Positions 53,021 to 61,203 of a stretch of 61,203 nucleotides of DNA are shown here, one piece after another (position 1 is the stretch's first letter; each line of letters opens with the position of its first letter). The notes under the pieces were generated by a model that did not search any database, was not told the DNA's origin, and was given only the letters and a program-made list of their open reading frames with translations. The position numbers and the translations under genes are program-made. Source of the stretch: Actinomycetota bacterium (GTDB lineage: Bacteria > Actinomycetota > Acidimicrobiia > Acidimicrobiales > Acidimicrobilacustridaceae); contig WLCQ01000001.1 in NCBI GenBank assembly GCA_009705225.1, positions 1 through 61,203 on the forward strand. The letters run 5' to 3'.

Positions 53021-55597
53021 CTACTCGATGCCCGCTGCCGACCGGGCCAGATCGAGCGCGTGGTCGAGGGCCGCGGGATCCTTGCCACCGGCGACCGCGA
53101 GGTCGGCACTCTTGCCGCCGCCACCCTTGACCGCCTTTGCGGCCTCGGCGATGAGTTCAGACGCATTGAACCCGGATTCCGCGGAGACCGCGGCGACGAT
53201 GGTGACGCCGCCACCTTCAGGAGCTGACCCGAGGACCACAGCGCGGATCGACGCGTGATCGCGTACCGCAACAGCGAGGTCGCGCACGCCTTCGCGGTCG
53301 AGCCCGTCGACGCGGGCTACGACCACGCCATCAACAGCGGCGGAGACCAGCTCGCCCGAGCGTCCGGCAGCGGCGGCACGCTCGAGATCTCGCACTCTCG
53401 CCCGCAGTTCCTTCACTTCGGCAACTCGACGTTCGACGGCATCGACGAGTTCGTCGGTGGAGACACCCATGGCATCAGTCGCAGCGCGAATGCGTTCCTC
53501 ATCATGACGGAGCCGTTCGATGGGTCCCATGCCTGATACCGCCTCGATCCGGCGGATGTTGGAACCGATCGAAGCCTCGCTGATGATCTTGACGGGGCCG
53601 ATGTCGCCGAGCGCCCGAACATGGGTTCCGCCGCAGAGTTCGATCGAATGCGGACCGGCCTCGAGCACCTTGACGACATCGCCGTATTTGTCCCCGAAGA
53701 ACGCGATTGCACCGAGTTCCTCAGCGGCGGCCTTCGTGGTCTCGAAATGATGGGCCGGGTCGTTGGCGAGGATGTCGATCGCGACGAGATCCTCGATACG
53801 ACGAATCTCGTCGTCGGTCACCGACTCGTAGTGACTGAAGTCGAATCGGAGGCGATCGGGTCCGACCTGTGACCCCTGCTGCTTCACATGTTCGCCGAGG
53901 ACCTCGCGCAGCGCCCAGTGGAGCAGGTGAGTGGCGGTGTGGTTTCGTCGGATTGCATCGCGTCGAGCCCCATCGATGGATGCCGTGATGGTCTGACCCA
54001 CTTCGATCTCACCGTCGAGTTGGCCGATGACGTGGCGCACGACACCGGGAGCGCCGTACACGGTGTCGATGATCTGCACCCGACCCGAGGTGGAAGAGAT
54101 CGTGCCGGTGTCGCCGAGCTGGCCACCCGATTCGGCGTAGAAGGGAGTTTGGTCAAGCACAATGCCATCGTCGGTGAGGCCGAGAACGATGGCCTCGATC
54201 TCGTAGGTGTCCGACCCGACGAAGCGCGTGGGACCTGTCTTCTCGGAGATCTCGGCGTAGAGGGAATCACCCTCGACTCCGCCACCCTTGCGGGCTTCCT
54301 TCGCCCGACGACGCTGTTCTGCCATCTCGACATCGAACCCGCCCTGATCGACGTCATGACCACGCTCGAGGCCGATCTCGCGGGTGAGTTCGAGCGGGAA
54401 CCCGTGGGTGTCGTGAAGAAGGAAGGCAACAGAACCCCCGATGGGGGCACCTTCATCGAGCTTGTCGAGTTCGGTGTCAAGCAGCGCGGTACCCGACTTG
54501 AGTGTGGAACGGAAGCGTTCCTCTTCGCGTGCGACCACATTGCGCACGAAGTCATGCTGCTTCACCAGATCGGGATAGGCCTCCCCCATTACCTCGACCG
54601 TGGTGTCGACAAGTTGGGGAGTGACAAGTTCGCCGACATCAAGCAGGTACGCCTCACGCACCGCGCGCCGAATGATCCGGCGAAGCACATAGCCGCGACC
54701 TTCGTTCGAGGGGAACACCCCATCGCTGACAAGGAAGCTCATGGTTCGGGCGTGTTCGGCGAGGATCCGCAGGGAGATGTCCGAGCGCGGATCGGCGCCA
54801 AGACGATGACCAGTGAGCTGTTGGGCGCGATCTACAAGTGGCGCGAGCACATCGGTTTCGAAGACAGTGTCGACACCCTGAAGCACACCGAGGATGCGCT
54901 CAAGGCCGGCACCAGTATCGATGTTCTTCTTCGGCAGTTCAGTGTCGGTGCCGTCGAGATCACGGGCGTACTGCATAAACACGAGATTCCAGATCTCGAG
55001 GAAGCGTTCGTCGCCCCCGACGGCCGGGCCGCCGTCGGGGCCATAGGCGGCACCCTTGTCGACGTAGATCTCCGAGCAGGGACCGCAGGGTCCCGGCGGG
55101 CCACCGGGGGGACCCCACCAGTTGTCGGCATCGAGGCGCTGGATTCGATCAGGGTGCACGCCAACGGCGTCACGCCAGATCTCGGCGGCCTCGTCATCGG
55201 TGATGTGGCATGTGACCCACAGCAGATCGGGGTCGAGACCGAAAAGGTTGGTGACCATGTCCCAGGCCATCGGGATGGCCTCGTGCTTGAAGTAGTCGCC
55301 GAAGCTGAAGTTGCCGAGCATCTCGAAGAAGCTGAGGTGCCGGGAGTCGCGGCCGACCTCCTCGAGATCGCTGTCCTTCCCACCCGCTCGGACGCACTTC
55401 TGAACGGTCGTGGCCCTATTGAACGCCGGTTGTTCCTCGCCGAGGAAGTACGGCTTGAACGGCACCATGCCCGCCACGGTGAACAACAGGTCTGGATCAT
55501 GCGGGATCAGACTGGCGGACGGAACGATGGTGTGTCCGCGCTGTTCGAAGAAGCCGAGGAAGGCACGTCTGAGTTCGTTGGCAGTTTTCGGGGCCAT
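53021..55597 (-). CDS. alaS: Alanine--tRNA ligase
   Basis: FFEMLGNFSFGDYFK, GPCSEI, IDTGAGLER, NHTATHLLH, ELCGGTHV. Confidence 0.99.
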   Translation of the reverse strand: MAPKTANELRRAFLGFFEQRGHTIVPSASLIPHDPDLLFTVAGMVPFKPYFLGEEQPAFNRATTVQKCVRAGGKDSDLEEVGRDSRHLSFFEMLGNFSFGDYFKHEAIPMAWDMVTNLFGLDPDLLWVTCHITDDEAAEIWRDAVGVHPDRIQRLDADNWWGPPGGPPGPCGPCSEIYVDKGAAYGPDGGPAVGGDERFLEIWNLVFMQYARDLDGTDTELPKKNIDTGAGLERILGVLQGVDTVFETDVLAPLVDRAQQLTGHRLGADPRSDISLRILAEHARTMSFLVSDGVFPSNEGRGYVLRRIIRRAVREAYLLDVGELVTPQLVDTTVEVMGEAYPDLVKQHDFVRNVVAREEERFRSTLKSGTALLDTELDKLDEGAPIGGSVAFLLHDTHGFPLELTREIGLERGHDVDQGGFDVEMAEQRRRAKEARKGGGVEGDSLYAEISEKTGPTRFVGSDTYEIEAIVLGLTDDGIVLDQTPFYAESGGQLGDTGTISSTSGRVQIIDTVYGAPGVVRHVIGQLDGEIEVGQTITASIDGARRDAIRRNHTATHLLHWALREVLGEHVKQQGSQVGPDRLRFDFSHYESVTDDEIRRIEDLVAIDILANDPAHHFETTKAAAEELGAIAFFGDKYGDVVKVLEAGPHSIELCGGTHVRALGDIGPVKIISEASIGSNIRRIEAVSGMGPIERLRHDEERIRAATDAMGVSTDELVDAVERRVAEVKELRARVRDLERAAAAGRSGELVSAAVDGVVVARVDGLDREGVRDLAVAVRDHASIRAVVLGSAPEGGGVTIVAAVSAESGFNASELIAEAAKAVKGGGGKSADLAVAGGKDPAALDHALDLARSAAGIE

Positions 55598-55616
55598 GAT
55601 TCGATCAGCCTACAGA

Positions 55617-55904
55617 TCAGTAGAGGCCGGCTCGTTCGAGCTGCCGACGCAGTAACTGCTCCGCCTCACGTCGGGTTCGCTTCGTATCGGCCGCGGTGAG
55701 TCGCAGCTCATCAATCGTGGTGCTCACGCGATCGGCGAGCTCCCGAACCTCGACGTCAGTGCGCTGCACCACTCTGGAGGCAGCGTCCTGCACGGATTCG
55801 GGGACATGACGGCGCGCGATCTGACGAGCTCGTAGGTACCCGACCACCGTTCCAGAGGCTCCTATGGCAGCGCCAGCGGCAAACCAGCGAGTGCGCTTGA
55901 ACAT
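55617..55904 (-). CDS. Small membrane-anchored protein (DUF6167-like)
   Basis: MFKRTRWFAAGAAIG hydrophobic N-terminus plus coiled coil; GGAGG SD; start overlaps the upstream stop. Confidence 0.75.
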   Translation of the reverse strand: MFKRTRWFAAGAAIGASGTVVGYLRARQIARRHVPESVQDAASRVVQRTDVEVRELADRVSTTIDELRLTAADTKRTRREAEQLLRRQLERAGLY

Positions 55905-56365
55905 CAACCCGCCCTCCGGTTGCGACGCCGCTGGTTGGAACGCGAGGCATCGTGTTGCGCCGAACGGGACTTTGACGTGTGCGTCTCCAACGACGCCGGG
56001 GGAACGAGTTCGGGGCGACCGCCGCGTGCGCTGAGTCGCCGAGCGGCCCGGTCGCTGGCCACCGATACCGACGCCAACTTCACCAATGGATTGCGCATCA
56101 CCAACCACGCAAGGCGGGATGTGGCTTCCACACGGGCACCCACTTCCTCGGCGGTATCGAGCAGAGAATCGACCCGGGCGATCTCGCCGTTCGCAGCGGC
56201 GACCGTGGACCGCAGTTCGGCGATCGCCGGCAGTGTCTGTCGACGCAGATCCTCGACGGTCTCGCGCAGAGAACGGAGGGTGACGATGAGCGATTGCACA
56301 GCCATGGCCACAACGACCAGTCCGACGATGGCAACCACAATGAGTACGACGGCGAGTGCGGTCAT
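55904..56365 (-). CDS. DUF948/YoxC-like membrane protein
   Basis: N-terminal TM, heptad coiled coil, NPLVK motif. ATG 56365 overlaps the rarA stop. Confidence 0.78.
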   Translation of the reverse strand: MTALAVVLIVVAIVGLVVVAMAVQSLIVTLRSLRETVEDLRRQTLPAIAELRSTVAAANGEIARVDSLLDTAEEVGARVEATSRLAWLVMRNPLVKLASVSVASDRAARRLSARGGRPELVPPASLETHTSKSRSAQHDASRSNQRRRNRRAG

Positions 56366-57765
56366 ATCGTTGCGCGCTTCTGGTCGTCGTCCATGACGGG
56401 GGTCGCCTCGACGATTGGCCCATTCGAATCCTGCGCTGTTGCTTCCCGTTGTTCCATACGAGTACGCACCCTCTGCTCGGCTCCATGATCCGATGGCTCG
56501 TAATACACCCGACCTGCGAGTTCGGCCGGTCTGTACTGCTGATCGACCCAACCATCCGGATGGTCATGAGGGTAGTCGTAGCCCTGCCCGTGGCCGAGGG
56601 TCTTCGCCCCCCGGTAATGGGCGTCACGCAGATGGACCGGAACCTCGCCACCTGGTCGCTCACGGACATCGGCCACGGCACGCCCCAATGCCACGGTGAC
56701 CCTGTTCGACTTGGGGGCCGAAGCCAGATGCACGACACAATGCGCCAGATTGAGTTGTGCTTCAGGCAGACCCACGAACTCGACAGCACGAGCGGTGGCG
56801 TCGGCCACGACAAGCGACAGCGAATCGGCCATACCGATGTCCTCGCTCGCCAGGATCACCAATCGACGGGCGATGAAGCGGGCATCCTCTCCAGCTTCGA
56901 GCATCCGGGCCAACCAATAAAGGCCGGCATCGGCATCCGAACCCCGGATGCTCTTGATGAATGCCGAGATCACATCGAAATGGTCGTCGCGTCCGTATCG
57001 CATGGCTTTGGTGCCGAGCGCCGCTTCGATGTCATCGACCCGCACTCGCACCAACTCGTCCACGATTCGACCCGCGGAGTCGCGCTCAGCATCGGGATGC
57101 TCGTGGGCGATGGCGACCGCCACCTCGAGGCTGGTGAGCACATGGCGGCCGTCGCCATTGGCTCGATCGACGAGCAGCAAGAGCGCCTCGTCGTCGATGG
57201 TCGCGTTCTCGACCTCGAGGCCGCGCCGGACCAACTGGGTGCAGGCCTCAGCGGAGAGCGGCTCGAGCCGGAAGAGCGTGGAGCGGCTCAAGAGTGGAGG
57301 GTTCACCTCGAAGAACGGGTTCTCCGTTGTTGCGCCGATGAGTGTGAGGAGTCCGCTCTCCACCGAAGGAAGCAGCGCATCTTGCTGCGCCTTGTTGAAG
57401 CGATGCACCTCGTCGAGGAACAGGATGGTTCCCTGACCCCGCTGCCCGAGCCGATCCTGGGCCCGCGCTGCTACCTCACGAACATCCTTTACCGTCGCCG
57501 TCACCGCGGAGAGTTGCTCGAATGCTTTCGCAGTGGTGTTGGCAATGAGTTGGGACAGAGAGGTCTTCCCGGTTCCCGGAGGTCCCCACAGGATCACCGA
57601 GGAAAGCCTGTCCGCTTCGATGAGCGCCCGAAGGGGCCGACCGCGGCCGAGGAGATGTTCCTGACCCACAACTTCATCGAGCGTTCGTGGCCGCATCCGC
57701 GCCGCGAGAGGCGCCTGACGGGTCAGGCGATCCTCTGCAGCAGCGGCGAACAGATCCTCAGCCAT
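56362..57765 (-). CDS. rarA: Replication-associated recombination protein RarA/MgsA
   Basis: PLAARMRP, GPPGTGKT, DEVHRFNKAQQD, ATTENP, SAFIKSIRGSD, SEDIG. Confidence 0.97.
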   Translation of the reverse strand: MAEDLFAAAAEDRLTRQAPLAARMRPRTLDEVVGQEHLLGRGRPLRALIEADRLSSVILWGPPGTGKTSLSQLIANTTAKAFEQLSAVTATVKDVREVAARAQDRLGQRGQGTILFLDEVHRFNKAQQDALLPSVESGLLTLIGATTENPFFEVNPPLLSRSTLFRLEPLSAEACTQLVRRGLEVENATIDDEALLLLVDRANGDGRHVLTSLEVAVAIAHEHPDAERDSAGRIVDELVRVRVDDIEAALGTKAMRYGRDDHFDVISAFIKSIRGSDADAGLYWLARMLEAGEDARFIARRLVILASEDIGMADSLSLVVADATARAVEFVGLPEAQLNLAHCVVHLASAPKSNRVTVALGRAVADVRERPGGEVPVHLRDAHYRGAKTLGHGQGYDYPHDHPDGWVDQQYRPAELAGRVYYEPSDHGAEQRVRTRMEQREATAQDSNGPIVEATPVMDDDQKRATI

Positions 57766-57804
57766 CGGGCGAGGCTAGCCCCGCGCCTACCGAACGCTCC
57801 GGGG

Positions 57805-59556
57805 TCAGTCCTTCTTGACCGGCAGCAACCGGAGCCCGAGTTCCTCGAGCTGGGCTGCATCAATGCTGCTCGGTGCGTGGGTGAGCGGATCGTGGCCGCT
57901 CTGGGTCTTGGGGAACGCGATGACCTCGCGGATGTTCTCCTCACCAGCAAGGAGAGCAACGAGTCGATCGATACCGAACGCGAATCCGGCGTGCGGCGGT
58001 GCCCCGAAACGGAACGCGTCGAGCAGGAAGCCGAAACGCTCCTGGGCATCGTCAGCAGCGATGCCCAACAACGAGAACATCCGCTTCTGGATATCGCCGC
58101 GGTGGATACGAACGCTTCCCGAACCAAGTTCCCAACCGTTGAGCACGAGGTCGTATGCCTGTGAGCGCACTTTGAGCAGATCGGTGGGATCGGGCGAGTC
58201 GAGGAAGTGGACATCCTCGGCGTGGGGCATCGTGAACGGGTGATGCGCCGGAATCGGATTGTTGTTGTCGTCGAGAGCTTCGAAGAGCGGGAAGTCCACG
58301 ACCCACAGGAACTGGAGGCCACCCTCAGTAACCGGCGGGCGGCCGAGCTCGAGCCGCAGCAGACCGAGTACATGACAGACCGCCGGGCGATCATCGGCAA
58401 CGAGAAGCAGGAGGTCACCCTCGACTGCCCCGGTGGCCGCCACCAGACCGGATAGCTCATCAGCAGAAAGGAACTTGGCCACCGGTGAATCGACTTCGCC
58501 GTCGGCCCTGACCCGCATCCACACAAGCCCCTTGGCGCCCCAACGCTTGGCGCGGTCGGTGAGATCGTCGAGACGCGACCTTGTGAACTCGGCGCCGCCC
58601 TCGACCCGCAGGCCCTTGATGCAATCGGCCTTGAACGCGTTGAACTCCGTACCAGCGAACACAGGCGTGAGCTCGATGAGCTCCATGCCGAACCTGGTGT
58701 CGGGCTTATCCGAGCCGAAGCGCTCACGGGCTTCATGCCAGGTCATGCGCGGAACATCACCGAGTTCCTCGCCGGTGACCTCACGCACCGCAGCAGCTAC
58801 GGCGACGGAGATGAACGCGAGCACCTCTTCCTGGCTGACGAAACTGGCCTCGGCATCGAGTTGCATGAACTCGAACTGCCGGTCGGCGCGAAGATCCTCA
58901 TCGCGGAGGCAGCGGGCGATCTGGTAATAGCGATCGATTCCACCGACCATGCACAACTGCTTGAACAACTGGGGGCTCTGCGGAAGCGCATAGAAGTTCC
59001 CCGGACTGAGCCGACTCGGGACCACGAAGTCGCGTGCACCCTCAGGGGTGGATGCGATCAACATCGGGGTCTCGATCTCGACGAAGCCTTGGTCGTCCAT
59101 GGCTCGACGCAGCGCACTGTTGACCTTGGCCCGAACACGCAGGTTGCGCTGCATGCGATCAGTGCGCAGATCGACATAGCGATGAGCGAGACGCACCATC
59201 TCGTCGACCTCGACACGCTCATCGAGTTGGAAGGGCGGTGGCTCGGCGGAGTTGAGGATCTCGACCTCGCACTCCCCCAGCTCTACCTCACCCGTTGCGA
59301 GGTTGTCGTTCCGGGTGCCCTCAGGCCGCGAACGAACCACACCGGTGATTCGCACGACGTATTCGCTGCGCAGATCATGCGCTCCGTCGACAACGCACTG
59401 GATAAGACCGGTGTGATCGCGGAGGTCGATGAATGCCAGGTGCTCGCCGTGCTCACGACGACGGGCCACCCAACCACAAACCGACACGCGTCGGCCGATG
59501 TCAGAGGCACGGAGCGTTCCGCAATGGTCGGAGCGCATGGGAAGAGAATCGGTCAC
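57805..59556 (-). CDS. aspS: Aspartate--tRNA ligase (probably non-discriminating)
   Basis: TPEGARDF, ALPQSPQLFKQ, RDEDLRADRQ, HHPFT, GAPPHAG. Confidence 0.98.
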   Translation of the reverse strand: MTDSLPMRSDHCGTLRASDIGRRVSVCGWVARRREHGEHLAFIDLRDHTGLIQCVVDGAHDLRSEYVVRITGVVRSRPEGTRNDNLATGEVELGECEVEILNSAEPPPFQLDERVEVDEMVRLAHRYVDLRTDRMQRNLRVRAKVNSALRRAMDDQGFVEIETPMLIASTPEGARDFVVPSRLSPGNFYALPQSPQLFKQLCMVGGIDRYYQIARCLRDEDLRADRQFEFMQLDAEASFVSQEEVLAFISVAVAAAVREVTGEELGDVPRMTWHEARERFGSDKPDTRFGMELIELTPVFAGTEFNAFKADCIKGLRVEGGAEFTRSRLDDLTDRAKRWGAKGLVWMRVRADGEVDSPVAKFLSADELSGLVAATGAVEGDLLLLVADDRPAVCHVLGLLRLELGRPPVTEGGLQFLWVVDFPLFEALDDNNNPIPAHHPFTMPHAEDVHFLDSPDPTDLLKVRSQAYDLVLNGWELGSGSVRIHRGDIQKRMFSLLGIAADDAQERFGFLLDAFRFGAPPHAGFAFGIDRLVALLAGEENIREVIAFPKTQSGHDPLTHAPSSIDAAQLEELGLRLLPVKKD

Positions 59557-60857
59557 TGGAGTTCCTCGGGCATCGGGGTGGATTCGGAAAGGAGTTGGGC
59601 AATCGTGGCGACAACGGAGTCGCGCGCAACCGTGTGCTGCTGCTGGTGGTGCCGAAGCGGACGCACGGTGACAACACCGGCTTCGAGTTCATCGGAACCG
59701 ATGATGACGGCGTAGGCGGCACCGGATCGATCGGCAGATTTCATCTGGGATTTCATTGAGCGACCGTCGAATGCTCGATCGGCGGAAACGCCAGCGCGCC
59801 GTAGCTCCACCGAGAGGTCCCGGGCCGAACCACCACCGGTTGTGTCGATGATGTAGACGTCGATGCTTGTCTGGGGGGCCGGGAACACACCCTCGGCGTC
59901 ACAGGTGAGCAGCACCCGTTCTATACCGGATCCGAACCCGATTCCTGCGGTCGGGGGCCCACCGAGCGATTCGACGAGACCGTCGTAGCGACCGCCGCCA
60001 CCAATGGTGGACTGGGCGGCATCGAGAGCATGGCTGATGAACTCGAACGTCGTGTGCGTGTAGTAATCCAGCCCGCGCACCAGGCGCGGCTCGATGCGGA
60101 ATGGAATGCCGAGCGAGTGGAGCCCCTCCTGAACCCGCTCGAAATGCGCGAGCGCATCGGGTGAGAGGTGATCGGTGATCCGCGGTGCATCGGCAGTGGC
60201 GGCGATGGTGATCGGACGCTTGGAATCGAGCACCCGCATCGGATGGTCTTCGACCTTTTCGGCATCGGCGGGATCGAGTTTGTCGATGCGCTCGCGCAAC
60301 CAGTTCCTGATTGCCGAGATGTACGCACGCCGGTCCTCGGTCGTACCCATCGAGTTGATGACGAGCTCAACCTGGCGAAGCCCGATCGACTCGTAGAAAT
60401 CCCAGAGCAGTGAGATGACCTCGACATCGAGATCCGGATCAGCAGACCCGAGAGCTTCGACGCCAAGTTGATGATGTTGCCGGAACCGACCGGCCTGCGG
60501 CCGTTCGTAGCGGAAACTCGGTGCCGCGTACCAGACCTTCCAAGGCGGAGTCGGGCGATGCTGCACGAAGGCACGCGCCACCGACGCCGTCCCCTCCGGC
60601 CGCAAGGCAAGATGACGATCCCCCTTGTCGTGGAAGTCGTACATCTCCTTGCGGACGACATCGGTGCCCTCCCCGACACGGGCGAACACACCGATCTCCT
60701 CGAACATCGGACTCTGCACCAATCCGAACCCGGCGCGAGTCACGAGTGAGGCGAAGAGAGCGATCAGTGCCTGCCATCGCTCCGACTCAGGAGGAAGGAC
60801 GTCATGGGTCCCCACGGGCGCCTTGAACGGCTCTGGACGTGCAGTGGACTCGGACAC
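59553..60857 (-). CDS. hisS: Histidine--tRNA ligase
   Basis: LRPEGTA, FRYERPQAGRFRQ, LVRGLDYY, GGGRYD. Start GTG 60857 (alternative GTG 60893). Confidence 0.97.
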   Translation of the reverse strand: MSESTARPEPFKAPVGTHDVLPPESERWQALIALFASLVTRAGFGLVQSPMFEEIGVFARVGEGTDVVRKEMYDFHDKGDRHLALRPEGTASVARAFVQHRPTPPWKVWYAAPSFRYERPQAGRFRQHHQLGVEALGSADPDLDVEVISLLWDFYESIGLRQVELVINSMGTTEDRRAYISAIRNWLRERIDKLDPADAEKVEDHPMRVLDSKRPITIAATADAPRITDHLSPDALAHFERVQEGLHSLGIPFRIEPRLVRGLDYYTHTTFEFISHALDAAQSTIGGGGRYDGLVESLGGPPTAGIGFGSGIERVLLTCDAEGVFPAPQTSIDVYIIDTTGGGSARDLSVELRRAGVSADRAFDGRSMKSQMKSADRSGAAYAVIIGSDELEAGVVTVRPLRHHQQQHTVARDSVVATIAQLLSESTPMPEELQ

Positions 60858-60948
60858 GACGCAGGAGCCTACCGGTGCTCCCCGAAGGGTCACGAACCCA
60901 TTGTCCCGTCAACGCCGAGCGCCCACTCCGGGCCACAACCACGCAGGC

Positions 60949-61203
60949 TCAAGCCGGCGCCGGCGCAGGACCGATCGCTCGGGCCACAAGATCGGCGAGC
61001 GCATTCTGACCAACGCCCTGCAGATGCAACCCGTCGCGGCTCGTGTATCCCGGAGTCCCGGCGATCGCCGCCCAGTCGACTGCAGCCACATTCGGGTGCC
61101 GGTCGGGCAAGGCCTTGATGGCATCGTTGGCAGAATTGATCTCGCCCACCCATGGAACGCAGGTGGACCAGACGATGCGATCCACGCCTTTCAGCATGGC
61201 GAT
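60949..61203 (-). CDS. C-terminal part of an SGNH/GDSL-hydrolase-domain protein (truncated by window edge)
   Basis: N...HPNVAAVDW...DGLHL (DxxH) tail resembles SGNH domains such as those on AT3 acyltransferases. Confidence 0.7.
   Translation of the reverse strand: MAMLKGVDRIVWSTCVPWVGEINSANDAIKALPDRHPNVAAVDWAAIAGTPGYTSRDGLHLQGVGQNALADLVARAIGPAPAPA

Noticed and set aside
53888-55699. 603-aa plus-strand ORF, and similar long antisense ORFs (56356-58164, 41277-42614, 31446-32633, 25615-26703, 37487-38485)
   Set aside because: They mirror well-conserved minus-strand genes, have no recognisable motifs, and are expected shadows of high-GC3 codon usage.
55617-56365. Two small membrane proteins as a toxin-antitoxin or novel system
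   Set aside because: They match the DUF948 plus small-membrane-protein pair commonly found between rarA and alaS in Actinobacteria.

Overview
High-GC actinobacterial core-genome segment, most consistent with Acidimicrobiia (inferred from the 16S V1 helix, gene order, mIHF and an ATPase-degenerate PriA). Almost all genes are on the minus strand. Read in transcription order (right to left): partial SGNH-domain gene, hisS-aspS, rarA-DUF948-like-small membrane protein, alaS-ruvX-mltG-aroE-prepilin peptidase, aroCKBQ-pepQ-efp-nusB, pyrRBC-carAB-pyrDF, mIHF-gmk-rpoZ-coaBC-metK-priA, a divergent methyltransferase pair, def-fmt-rsmB-mog, an inverted lower-GC GT2 gene, ribD-ribE-ribBA-ribH, inverted VIT1, hisG-CSP-like, DUF1844, infC-rpmI-rplT-trmH-pheST, argCJBDFRGH-NUDIX, tyrS, and the promoter, leader and 5' end of a 16S rRNA gene. 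I found no CRISPR, tRNA, transposase, integrase, phage or defence genes, and no convincing new multi-gene system. The most interesting signals are regulatory and evolutionary: (1) a pyr leader in which the PyrR-binding stem hides the SD of a 6-codon uORF, with a terminator hairpin inside the pyrR reading frame; (2) a housekeeping AroB that resembles RifG-type aminoDHQ synthases; (3) a 22-bp bidirectional, doubly leaderless promoter plus many other leaderless genes; (4) an internally deleted RsmB; (5) a divergent cold-shock-domain gene coupled to hisG. All family assignments come from motif recognition, not database searches.
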